Shown: piece by piece, positions 9,886-18,509 of the stretch | Layout of the letters: each line of letters opens with the position of its first letter | Numbering within the stretch: position 1 is the stretch's first letter | DNA from: an uncultured Mycoplasmatota bacterium | GTDB taxonomy: Bacteria; Bacillota_I; Bacilli_A; RF39; UBA660 | DNA: 43,995 nt | Assembly (NCBI GenBank): GCA_947297555.1 | Contig: CAMYTM010000001.1 | Location: 1-43,995 of the forward strand | Reading direction: 5' to 3' | Position numbers and translations under genes: made by a program | Notes under the pieces: model-generated | What the model was told of the DNA's origin: nothing | What the model saw: the letters and a program-made list of their open reading frames with translations, nothing else | Databases searched by the model: none

Positions 9886-12800
9886 ATGCCATTGTGGACA
9901 AAAGAACAAAGAGATGCTATACATTTTGATCATTCTAATATTATTGTAAGTGCTGGAGCAGGTAGTGGAAAGACGGCTGTTTTGTCTGAAAGGGTAATTC
10001 GTAAATTAAGGGATGGAGTGAATATTAATGAACTTTTGATTTTAACTTTTACGAAAGCAGCAGCAGAGGAGATGAAGATTAGAATTAGAAACAAGATATC
10101 AAAAGATGATTCTTTAAAAAGTCAACTTGCTTTACTGGATGCTTCTTATATTACTACTTTTGATGCCTACGCTCTTGCGATAGTTAAAAAATATAATTAT
10201 TTGTTAAATGTATCTAAAAATATTTCCATAATCGAGTCTAGTATTATTTCTATAAAAAAGGAAGAATTATTGGATAGTGTTTTTGATGAATACTATGTGT
10301 CTCGAGATGAAAAGTTTTTAAAGTTTATAGATGACTTTTGTGTTAAAGATGATGGAGTAGTTAAAGTATGTATTTTAGAGATGAATAATAAACTTGATAT
10401 GCGTTATGATAAGGCAGAGTATTTAAAAAATTATATTGTAAATTATTATAATGATAATTTTATAAACAAGTTAATTCAAGAATATGAGAATTTAATTTTA
10501 GAGAAAGTGAGTCTACTTCACGAACAGGTATTGAAGTTAGAAGAGTTTGTTTCGACTGAATATGCAGAGAAATTGAATGAATCTTTAGGGGAGTTATTGA
10601 TTGCAGATAGTTATCAAAAGGTTGTAAGTAATATAAATACTATACCTAGGTTACCTAAGAATGCAGAGGAAGAAGCAAAAGTTGTTAAAGAAAAAATAAG
10701 TGATTGCTTGAAAGAAATTGATACTTTATGTAGTTATAGAGATTTAGAAGAAATAAAAGATTCTCTTTACAAAACAAAGAATTATGTCGAAGTGATTATA
10801 GAAATCATTTTAAGGTTAGATGCGAAAGTGAATGATTATAAGTTTCAAAATGACTTATTTGAGTTTTGTGATATTGCTAAAATGGCGATTCGTGTATTAG
10901 AAGAAAACGAAGAGATTTGCATGCAATTGCGTGCTAGTCTAAATGAAATTATGATTGATGAGTATCAAGATACGAATGATTTGCAAGAGAAATTTATTTC
11001 TTTTCTGGCAAAAGACAATGTCTATATGGTGGGAGATATTAAGCAGTCTATTTATCGCTTTCGAAATGCTAATCCTAATCTTTTTAAAGAAAAGTATGAT
11101 CAGTATTCATTACATGAAGGTGGGATAAAAATTGATTTGAATAAAAATTTTCGTTCTAGAAAGGAAGTGCTACAGAATATTAATTTGATTTTTAATTTGG
11201 TAATGAGTGATTTTGTTGGAGGTGCTAGTTATAGCGCGTCTCATCAAATGTGTTATGGAAATACTTCTTATGATGAAATTGGAAGTACAGCGCATTCTAA
11301 TGATTTAGAGATATTAAATTATGTTTATGATAAAACGGCTGGTTACTCGAAAGAAGAAATTGAAATTTTTACTATTGCAACGGATATTAAGAAGAAAATG
11401 GAGGAACAATACGAAATTTTTGATAAAGATGCTCAAATCAAGCGTCCTATTCGATATGAAGATATTGTGATTTTGATGGATCGGTCTACTCATTTTTATT
11501 TGTATAAAAAAGTATTTGAATATTTAAATATTCCTATGGCAATTTATAAAGATGAATCGATTACAGATAGTGTTACTATTGCGATAGTGAAAAATATTTT
11601 GTATTTACTTTTAAATCGTTATCCCAATCAAGAATTTAAATATGCTTTTATTAGTGTTTTGCGAAGTTTTTTGTTTAGGGAAGAGGATAATGTAATTTTT
11701 TCTTATTTTGTAAATCAAAATTATGAGGATTCTTTTTTGTTAAAGATTATAGAATCTATCGATTATTTTATGTTAAATCCTAAAGAAGTAATGGAAGAGA
11801 TTATCGAAAAATTTGCTTTTTATGAAAAAATTGTTACAGTGGGAGATGTGGATAAGCATATTGCAATTTTGGATTATTTGCTTACTATTGCTGATTCTTT
11901 AGGCAAAATGGGATATACTTTGGAGGATTTTTATCATTATTTATGTGTTTTACAGGAGAAGAATTATGACATTACAATTCATTCTTTGAAACAGGAAAAT
12001 GGAGTTAAAATTATGACTATTCATAAATCTAAAGGATTAGAGTTTCATTTGTGTTATTTTAGTGGATTGTCTTCCAAGTTTAATTTGAGTGATGTAAATG
12101 CAAGGTTTTTGTATGATAAAAAGTATGGAATTGTAACCCCTTTTCTTGATAGAGGAATTAGAGGAACAATTTGTAAGGATTTGATTAAAATATCTCAATT
12201 AAAGGAAGAAATTTCTGAAAGAATTAGACTTTTTTATGTAGCGTTAACAAGGGCAAAGGAGAAGATGATTTTTGTAGCATCTTTAAAGGAAGAAAGTCCT
12301 TTTGTATTGGATAGAGTTATAGATTATCAAAAATTAGAGTATAGATCACTATTAGATATTTTAAATTCTATTAAGGGAAATTTGTCTTCTTTTATAAGGA
12401 GAGTAGATTTAGATAATATTGGACTTACTCATGATTATAATTATATTAAGGAATATAACTTTAGAGAGTTAATAGAGTATAAAAAGTGCAATTTGGATGT
12501 AGATATGCTTGTTAAAGAAGAGAATGTAGTGGAGAAGGAACGTTTTTCTAAAGTGTCTACTAAATTGATGTCTAGAGAAGAAATGGAAAATATGCGTAGT
12601 GGTGTATATTTTCACGAGATTATGGAGAATTTTGATTTTACTAATCCAAATTATAGCGGGCTGGACGATTTTGATGTAAGAAAGATTCAGGCTTTTATAG
12701 GAACTGGCATTTTAGATCGAGCCTTGCATTTATATAAGGAATATGAGTTTAAATATATAGTGAAAGACACTGTTTTGCATGGTGTGATTGATTTGTTGAT

Positions 12801-13002
12801 AGAAGAGGAAAGTGAATTTAAAATAGTTGATTATAAGTTAGTGAATACAAAAGACGAAGTGTATATTAAACAATTAAAAGGATATAAGGAATATATTGAA
12901 AAAAAATTTCAAAAAAGTGCTAGAGTATTTTTGTATTCAATAGTAAAAGAAAGTCTTGAAGAAATAAAGTTACAAGACTTGGATGTTTTAATGGAAGTCT
13001 AG
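9886..13002 (+). CDS. addA: helicase-exonuclease AddAB, subunit AddA (UvrD/Rep-type helicase + nuclease)
   Basis: 1038 aa. Walker A 'GAGSGKT', 'LTFTKAAAEEM', 'IDEYQDTN', 'NFRS', 'TIHKSKGLEF', 'LFYVALTRAKE' and C-terminal nuclease 'VIDLL...IVDYK'. Confidence 0.9.
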   Translation: MPLWTKEQRDAIHFDHSNIIVSAGAGSGKTAVLSERVIRKLRDGVNINELLILTFTKAAAEEMKIRIRNKISKDDSLKSQLALLDASYITTFDAYALAIVKKYNYLLNVSKNISIIESSIISIKKEELLDSVFDEYYVSRDEKFLKFIDDFCVKDDGVVKVCILEMNNKLDMRYDKAEYLKNYIVNYYNDNFINKLIQEYENLILEKVSLLHEQVLKLEEFVSTEYAEKLNESLGELLIADSYQKVVSNINTIPRLPKNAEEEAKVVKEKISDCLKEIDTLCSYRDLEEIKDSLYKTKNYVEVIIEIILRLDAKVNDYKFQNDLFEFCDIAKMAIRVLEENEEICMQLRASLNEIMIDEYQDTNDLQEKFISFLAKDNVYMVGDIKQSIYRFRNANPNLFKEKYDQYSLHEGGIKIDLNKNFRSRKEVLQNINLIFNLVMSDFVGGASYSASHQMCYGNTSYDEIGSTAHSNDLEILNYVYDKTAGYSKEEIEIFTIATDIKKKMEEQYEIFDKDAQIKRPIRYEDIVILMDRSTHFYLYKKVFEYLNIPMAIYKDESITDSVTIAIVKNILYLLLNRYPNQEFKYAFISVLRSFLFREEDNVIFSYFVNQNYEDSFLLKIIESIDYFMLNPKEVMEEIIEKFAFYEKIVTVGDVDKHIAILDYLLTIADSLGKMGYTLEDFYHYLCVLQEKNYDITIHSLKQENGVKIMTIHKSKGLEFHLCYFSGLSSKFNLSDVNARFLYDKKYGIVTPFLDRGIRGTICKDLIKISQLKEEISERIRLFYVALTRAKEKMIFVASLKEESPFVLDRVIDYQKLEYRSLLDILNSIKGNLSSFIRRVDLDNIGLTHDYNYIKEYNFRELIEYKKCNLDVDMLVKEENVVEKERFSKVSTKLMSREEMENMRSGVYFHEIMENFDFTNPNYSGLDDFDVRKIQAFIGTGILDRALHLYKEYEFKYIVKDTVLHGVIDLLIEEESEFKIVDYKLVNTKDEVYIKQLKGYKEYIEKKFQKSARVFLYSIVKESLEEIKLQDLDVLMEV

Positions 13003-13069
13003 CATAGATTGATTTTGATATTATTTGCTCTAAAAAGTGGTGGTTTGATGGTGTGAAATGATTATTTTA

Positions 13070-13097
13070 ACCAATTTTGTATTTTTTTCATACTTTA
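13070..13097 (+). promoter_or_regulatory. possible sigma-K/sigma-E-type (mother-cell) promoter of the split amidase gene
   Basis: 'AC' (13070-13071), 17 nt, then 'CATACTTTA' (13089-13097) fits AC-N17-CATAnnnTA. Caveat: the predicted transcript start would fall at or inside the SD (13102-13108), so the leader would be extremely short. Confidence 0.25.
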
Positions 13098-13114
13098 TAC
13101 TAGAGGTGAAAAAC

Positions 13115-13158
13115 ATGTCTATAAGAGCGACTAAAAAAGTAGTAATAGATCCTGGTCA
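13115..13158 (+). CDS. split Amidase_3/LysM gene, segment 1 of 4 (MSIRATKKVVIDPG-H)
   Basis: SD 'agaggtg' then ATG at 13115. It encodes the start of an Amidase_3 domain ('IDPGH') and then runs into element sequence. It continues in frame at 24908. Confidence 0.8.
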
Positions 13159-13244
13159 CCCGAGTTATTTGTTCCCCAACAATAATATGTTTTGGTAAAC
13201 GATAAATCTATAAGTTAAGGTACTTTGATAGAGAAGTATCTTTT
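13155..13244 (+). repeat. direct repeat copy A (element-1 left end: att half-site + terminator-like hairpin)
   Basis: 90 bp with 85/90 identity to 15231-15320. Its 3' tail (13236-13259) also matches 17040-17063 at 23/24. Confidence 0.85.
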
Positions 13245-13397
13245 ATTATGGAAAAATTTATTTAGGATGTTGTTATGATGACTAGTGAAATCATTTACTC
13301 AGGTTATATAGAAAAATAAAAAAGACTTATGAGAAAATGGGATATGAAATAATTGATGTATAAATTTAAAATTTAAAATGAGACAAATATTTTTAAA

Positions 13398-15104
13398 ATG
13401 TATGTTACAATTGATTTAAGAGGTGAGATACTTTTGAATAAAACTTATGAAGAATTAAAAGAAATCGTGTTAGAACTTATTAAGAATGAAGAGAATGAAT
13501 GTGTAGAATTTAAAAGAGCAGAAAATGATTTTGATATAGATAAATTAGGAAAGTATTTCTCTGCTATTGGAAATGAAGCTACTTTAAAAAATAAACAATA
13601 TGGCTGGATAATTTTTGGAATTGATGATAAAACTCATGAGTTTATTAACACTAAATATCATTATGATGATAATTTTAATAATGTTAAAAAACAAATTTCA
13701 GATAATACTACTGATAATATAACTTTTATTGAGGTGTATTCTATTAAAATTTATGAAAATAGAGTTGTTATGTTTCAAGTCCCTGCTGCATCTGGAACTC
13801 CTATTAATTGGAAGGGCTTTCCTTATGGAAGAAATGGTGAATTATTAGTACCTTTGGCTTTAAATAAGATTGAACAAATTAAAGCAACGGCAAATTATGA
13901 TTGGTCTAGACAAATTATAGAAGAAGCCACTATTGATAATTTGGATGTAGAGGCTATTAAAATAGCTCGAACTCAATTTAAAAGAAAATATAAGGGCACA
14001 CCAATAGCAAATGAAATAGAAAGTTTATCAGATATAGATTTTCTTAATAAAGCAAAAGTAACTATTGATGGAAAAATTACCTATGCTGCTATGTTATTAT
14101 TAGGTAAAAATGATGATGACTATTTGATGAATGGTTATAATGCTCGTATGACTTGGAAATTATATGATGAAATTAATGTGATTGATTATGAGCATTTTGG
14201 CATTCCTTTTATTATTAATGTTGAAAAAGTAAAAAATAAAATTAGGAATTTAAGATATAGATATATGGTGAATGAAAATACGTTATTTCCTAATGAGGTA
14301 GATCAGTATGATAATTACATACTTCGTGAGTTAATAAATAATTGTATAGTACACCAAGATTACAGATTAAAAGGAATTATAAATGTAATGGAATTTAAAG
14401 ATAAGTTAATTATTACAAATGAAGGGAATTTTATCCCACAAAAAATTGAGAATGTTTTAAAAGATGGTTATTCATCTCCTTATTACCGAAATCAGTTTCT
14501 TGCCAGTGCAATGGTGAATTTAAATATGATTGATACAGTTGGGAGTGGAATAAGAAGAATCTATAATATTCAAAAAGAAAAATATTTTCCGCTACCAGAT
14601 TATGATTTGAGTGAGGATAATAGAGTAAAAGTTACATTATATGGAAAAATAATAGATGAAAATTATAGTAAAATATTATTTGAAAAAACGAATCTTGATA
14701 TAGATAAAGTCATATTATTAGATAGAGTTCAAAAGTCTTACTCTATAACTAAAGAACAAAGTGATTATTTAAAGAAAGATGATTTAATTGAAGGTAGGTA
14801 TCCCAATATTTATATTTCATCTGATATTGCAAAAATAACTAATAAGAAAGTAGATTATATTGAAAATAAAGGCTTAGATAATGCTTATTATATGGATTAT
14901 ATAATAGCTTACATAAAAAAATTTGGTAGTGCGAGTAGACAAGAAATTAATGATTTAATAAAACCAAAACTTCCTAGTAATTTATCTTCTGCACAATTAG
15001 ATAATAAAGTTCGCTATTTGTTAAGAAAAATGCGTGAAGATGGGAAAATATATAATGCTGGTAATGATACTAAGCCAGTTTGGAAAATAAAAAATGATAT
15101 TTAG
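13398..15104 (+). CDS. AlbA_2 (Schlafen-like) + HATPase_c_4 putative DNA-binding/ATP-binding regulator
   Basis: The N-terminal 'ECVEFKRAEN...GWIIFGIDD' fits the AlbA_2 pattern. 'LRELINNCIVHQDYRLKG...LIITNEG' fits the HATPase_c_4 pattern. The start is probably the in-frame TTG at 13434, which has SD 'aagaggtg' 8 nt upstream. Confidence 0.7.
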   Translation: MYVTIDLRGEILLNKTYEELKEIVLELIKNEENECVEFKRAENDFDIDKLGKYFSAIGNEATLKNKQYGWIIFGIDDKTHEFINTKYHYDDNFNNVKKQISDNTTDNITFIEVYSIKIYENRVVMFQVPAASGTPINWKGFPYGRNGELLVPLALNKIEQIKATANYDWSRQIIEEATIDNLDVEAIKIARTQFKRKYKGTPIANEIESLSDIDFLNKAKVTIDGKITYAAMLLLGKNDDDYLMNGYNARMTWKLYDEINVIDYEHFGIPFIINVEKVKNKIRNLRYRYMVNENTLFPNEVDQYDNYILRELINNCIVHQDYRLKGIINVMEFKDKLIITNEGNFIPQKIENVLKDGYSSPYYRNQFLASAMVNLNMIDTVGSGIRRIYNIQKEKYFPLPDYDLSEDNRVKVTLYGKIIDENYSKILFEKTNLDIDKVILLDRVQKSYSITKEQSDYLKKDDLIEGRYPNIYISSDIAKITNKKVDYIENKGLDNAYYMDYIIAYIKKFGSASRQEINDLIKPKLPSNLSSAQLDNKVRYLLRKMREDGKIYNAGNDTKPVWKIKNDI

Positions 15105-15203
15105 AAAGTGCAGAGAAAGTGCAGAGATTTGTATAAAAAGTGCAGTAAAAATGTTGCAAACTCCCTAAATAAGCCAAAAATTAGTGTAGCAAAAGTGCAG
15201 AGA
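15105..15203 (+). repeat. array of four AAAGTGCAG(A/T)(G/A)A motifs
   Basis: Copies at 15105-15116, 15116-15127, 15137-15148 and 15192-15203, plus degenerate copies (about 15150-15161 and 15181-15191). The array starts right after the stop codon of the AlbA_2 gene. Confidence 0.7.
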
Positions 15204-15230
15204 TTATTTTTAAATAAAGTATTGCGTAAT

Positions 15231-15320
15231 GTCACCCAAGTTATTTGTTCCCCAACAATAATATGTTGTGGTAAACGATAAATCTATAAGTTAAGGTACT
15301 TTGTTAGGAAAGTATCTTTT
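15231..15320 (+). repeat. direct repeat copy B (internal duplicate of element-1 left end)
   Basis: 85/90 identical to 13155-13244, including the CA core, the 13-nt spacer and the TTCCCCAA half-site. Confidence 0.85.
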
Positions 15321-15322
15321 TT
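15293..15322 (+). terminator. rho-independent terminator-like hairpin inside repeat copy B
   Basis: Stem 'aaggtactt'/'aagtatctt' (one G-U pair) followed by T6. The same hairpin occurs in copy A at 13217-13247. Confidence 0.45.
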
Positions 15323-15354
15323 GGTGATATAATATTAAATAGAGAGGTCTTTCT

Positions 15355-16314
15355 ATGAACAATGTAAAAAATGAACATTATATTCCTAGATTTTATTTGA
15401 AAAGATTTTCTACAGAAAGAATAAAAAGTGCTTATATGATTGATGTATATAATAAAAAGGCTCATAAGAAATTATTAAAACAAAATGTTAAAAATTTTGC
15501 TTGTATTAATAAATTTTATGATATTGATAATAATGAAATAAGAGAACAATTAGATATTCTTTTTAAATTTCCTAATATTAGTAATGATGATAAGATTAGA
15601 ATCTTAAATGACCGACAATTGATAGAACATTATTTTGCAAATGTAGAAAATCAAATAAAGCCTTTATTTGATTTAATAGAAGTCAATCATGATATAATAA
15701 ATGATATATTTTTTCGAGCTAATTTTTGTATTTTTATTAGAGATTTATCTATTAGGACTAATGGATTTCGTGAACATATGACAAAAATAGCTTCTACTTC
15801 ATTAGAACAGTTAAGAAAATTAAAAATTGAAAAAATAGGAAATTTTGATATAAGTAAATCTGCTGATGAACTAGCAAAGGTAAAACAATTACAAGCAATA
15901 GCATCTATTCCATTACTTGTAAAAGATGCAACGATTTTATTAACTGAATATAATTTTTATATTGGCATTAACAATACTAAAATTCCATTTATTATTTCAG
16001 ACCAACCTGCTTTGCCTGTCTTTGTAAAATGTAATGAGATTTGTATTCCTATTAGTTCTAAAACTGCAATTATAATGAGGGCTAAAGGGAAAAATGTTAA
16101 GTATTTAACCGATATTATTCCATTAGGTTACGAAATTGAGTTAACTGAAAAAAATGTTACATATTATAATATTGTTCAATTTAGTACCGCCAGCGAATAT
16201 TTATTTGGTAATATTAAAGAAATAGAAAGAATGATTGAATTGCAAAAATTTTCTGATACAATTCATAGTTTGGATGATAATAGTTTACATAATGAAGATT
16301 TTTATGTGAATTAA
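15355..16314 (+). CDS. DUF4238-like protein
   Basis: 319 aa. The N-terminal 'EHYIPRFYLKRFS' matches the conserved HY(V/I)PxFYLxxF start I associate with DUF4238. Confidence 0.55.
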   Translation: MNNVKNEHYIPRFYLKRFSTERIKSAYMIDVYNKKAHKKLLKQNVKNFACINKFYDIDNNEIREQLDILFKFPNISNDDKIRILNDRQLIEHYFANVENQIKPLFDLIEVNHDIINDIFFRANFCIFIRDLSIRTNGFREHMTKIASTSLEQLRKLKIEKIGNFDISKSADELAKVKQLQAIASIPLLVKDATILLTEYNFYIGINNTKIPFIISDQPALPVFVKCNEICIPISSKTAIIMRAKGKNVKYLTDIIPLGYEIELTEKNVTYYNIVQFSTASEYLFGNIKEIERMIELQKFSDTIHSLDDNSLHNEDFYVN

Positions 16315-16353
16315 TTTAAAATTATATAAAAAATAGAAATAGTTGGGTGGTAA

Positions 16354-17034
16354 ATGATAATGGAAAATAAAAAGATTGAAGAAAAACAAATTTTAGAGAA
16401 AATATATAACAATAAAAATGAAAATTTATATAAGGTAATTGATTCTATAAGTGAGAAACCTGATTTTATTTTAAAAGATTTAATTACTGATGAACTTTTT
16501 GGTGTTGAAATAACTAACATGTTTTATAATGAATTCAGTGCAAGATTACAGATTCCTGAAAATGTTAATATGATGTTGAAAAATGGTATACCAAGAAAAG
16601 CTGAAGAAGTATTAGCAAGACATAAAATGTATATTAATATTGAAAATAGTTGGCATTATATTGGGGATACAATAGGGCAATCGTTCAAAGATTATGATGA
16701 TTATATTAATGCCATTATTAATACAATAAAAGTAAAAACAGAAAAAGCAAAGAAATATAAAAAATTGGATTATATTGAATTATTTATATATGATAATGAA
16801 AATTATTTAAGATTTAAAAAAATTGAGGATTTGAAATATTTAGAGGAATCTGAAAAATTAAAAAACGCTATAAGTAATTCTCCATTCAAAAGAATATACT
16901 TTTTTACTATCATTAATAATTATTCAATGTTATTATTAAATGGTGATATTAGTTCAGGTCCTCTTGCAATATCAGATGAAAAGTTAGAAATTCATAAAAA
17001 TTATATGAAAAGTTTATTTAATCAAGATACTTAA
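16354..17034 (+). CDS. hypothetical protein (partner of the DUF4238 gene)
   Basis: 226-aa ORF, 40 bp downstream of the previous gene. SD 'gggtgg'; the start may be 16360. A terminator hairpin ('aagatac...gtatctttt') overlaps its stop codon. No recognisable domain. Confidence 0.5.
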   Translation: MIMENKKIEEKQILEKIYNNKNENLYKVIDSISEKPDFILKDLITDELFGVEITNMFYNEFSARLQIPENVNMMLKNGIPRKAEEVLARHKMYINIENSWHYIGDTIGQSFKDYDDYINAIINTIKVKTEKAKKYKKLDYIELFIYDNENYLRFKKIEDLKYLEESEKLKNAISNSPFKRIYFFTIINNYSMLLLNGDISSGPLAISDEKLEIHKNYMKSLFNQDT

Positions 17035-17086
17035 AGATGGTATCTTTTATTATGCAAAAATTTTAATAGAAAGCGAGGATTGATAA

Positions 17087-18367
17087 ATGGATTTAAATTA
17101 TGCAATTTTTAAAAGTAAACAAATAATGACTCTCAATGATTTAGCACAAATTGGTTCACACAATAAACGGGAGAAAAAAGCCTATAATTCTAACCCTGAT
17201 ATTAAGTTAGAATTAACAAAAGATAATATTGAATTAGTGCCTTTAGCAGATAAATATGTTAAAGGCTTTTATAATTTAACAAAAGAATATAAAAAAGAAC
17301 ATGATGAACGAATGGAAACAGAACGAGAAGATAGAAAAAGAAGTTTTAAACAAATGGTAGATAAATCTAAAAGTGTTGTTGCTGATGAACTCTTATTTAC
17401 AGCTACTCATGAATTTTTTAAGGATATGAATAAAGAAGAGATTAAAAAGTGAGCAGAAGTTTGTATGGATTTTGTTTATGAGGATTTGGGATATACGAAA
17501 GAGCAAGTACTACATAGTGTTATTCATTTAGACGAAAAAACACCGCATGTTCATTGTGTAGTAGTACCTTTAGTTAAAAAATATGATAAAAGAACAAATA
17601 CGGAAAGATATACGATTTCTAAAAAACAATACATTAGAGATAAAATTCATCTGTCGGAATTACAAGACTTATGCCATAAAAGATTAACTGATAATGGCTA
17701 TGATTTAGAACGAGGAATTAAACATAGTGATAATGAGAGTATTCCTATTAGAGAATATAAAAAGATAACACGAAAACTTAATCATACTTTAAGTGTTAGG
17801 AATGAAAGATTGGAAAATGCAATGACTAATTTAGAAGAACAAATGAAAAGTAATAAAGATGTGATGTTTGATAAAGAATATGTTAAAGTGAAGAAAGACA
17901 CTTTTGATACAATGAATCATGTTTTTAAAGAAACAAAAAAGGTTATGGAAATCCAACCGAAATTACAACAAGTTTTTGATGAAGTGGATAGTTATTCCCA
18001 AAATTATCTTTCTATTCAAAAGGAAAATAAAAGAATAAAGAAAGAAGTTGAAACTCTAAAAAATAAAAATAAAAAATTACAAGAAGAAAATAAAAATCTA
18101 ATTTCCTATATTAAGTTTATTTTAAAGGTTATTAAGCACTTTTTTAGAGAGTTACTACAAATTGGTAATGAGAAAACAAAAGAGGCTACTACAAATGAAA
18201 TTAAGGACTATTTTGATAATGAAGATTTTAACAAAGAAGATGTTTATGATATTGCAAAAGAAACAACTAAAGAAGATGAATTATTTGATTATGCAGATAT
18301 TTCTAGCTATTTGAAAACAAGTAAAAAGTCTTATGATAAGACAAATGATTTAGATTTAACTTTATAA
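17087..18367 (+). pseudogene. MobV-family (Mob_Pre) relaxase interrupted by one in-frame TGA
   Basis: Two track ORFs (17087-17452 and 17465-18367) share one frame and are separated only by a TGA at 17450-17452. Motifs 'HNKRE', 'NPDI' and 'HLDEKTPHVHCVVVPL' (HxDExTPHxH) are spread over both parts. The C-terminus is coiled coil. Confidence 0.7.
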
Positions 18368-18451
18368 TAAATAAAGTGATATTTTTAACAAATTTATAAG
18401 GTAAAATTTTATTTAATGCATGACAATGGTTTAACAATCTCAATGTTTGAT

Positions 18452-18479
18452 TTGACATTTATGATAATTCGTGTATAAT
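18452..18479 (+). promoter_or_regulatory. sigma-A promoter of the two-gene operon
   Basis: TTGACA (18452-18457), 16 nt, TATAAT (18474-18479), with TG immediately upstream of the -10. Confidence 0.6.
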
Positions 18480-18509
18480 AAAGTCAATTTTCGAAGGGGG
18501 AAAAGTTAT

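Noticed and set aside
13096-13101. TATACT at 13096-13101 as a sigma-A -10 box for the amidase gene.
   Set aside because: No acceptable -35 lies at 16-18 bp, and transcription would start downstream of the SD. The sigma-K-like reading is listed instead, at low confidence.
17450-17452. Genetic code 4 (TGA = Trp) for this organism or element, as an explanation for the in-frame TGA in the relaxase.
   Set aside because: TGA terminates well-supported genes in both host and elements (htrA at 5932-5934, gene A at 19566-19568, res at 35585-35587, the ORF ending 43950-43952). Trp is encoded by TGG throughout. A nonsense mutation is the simpler reading.
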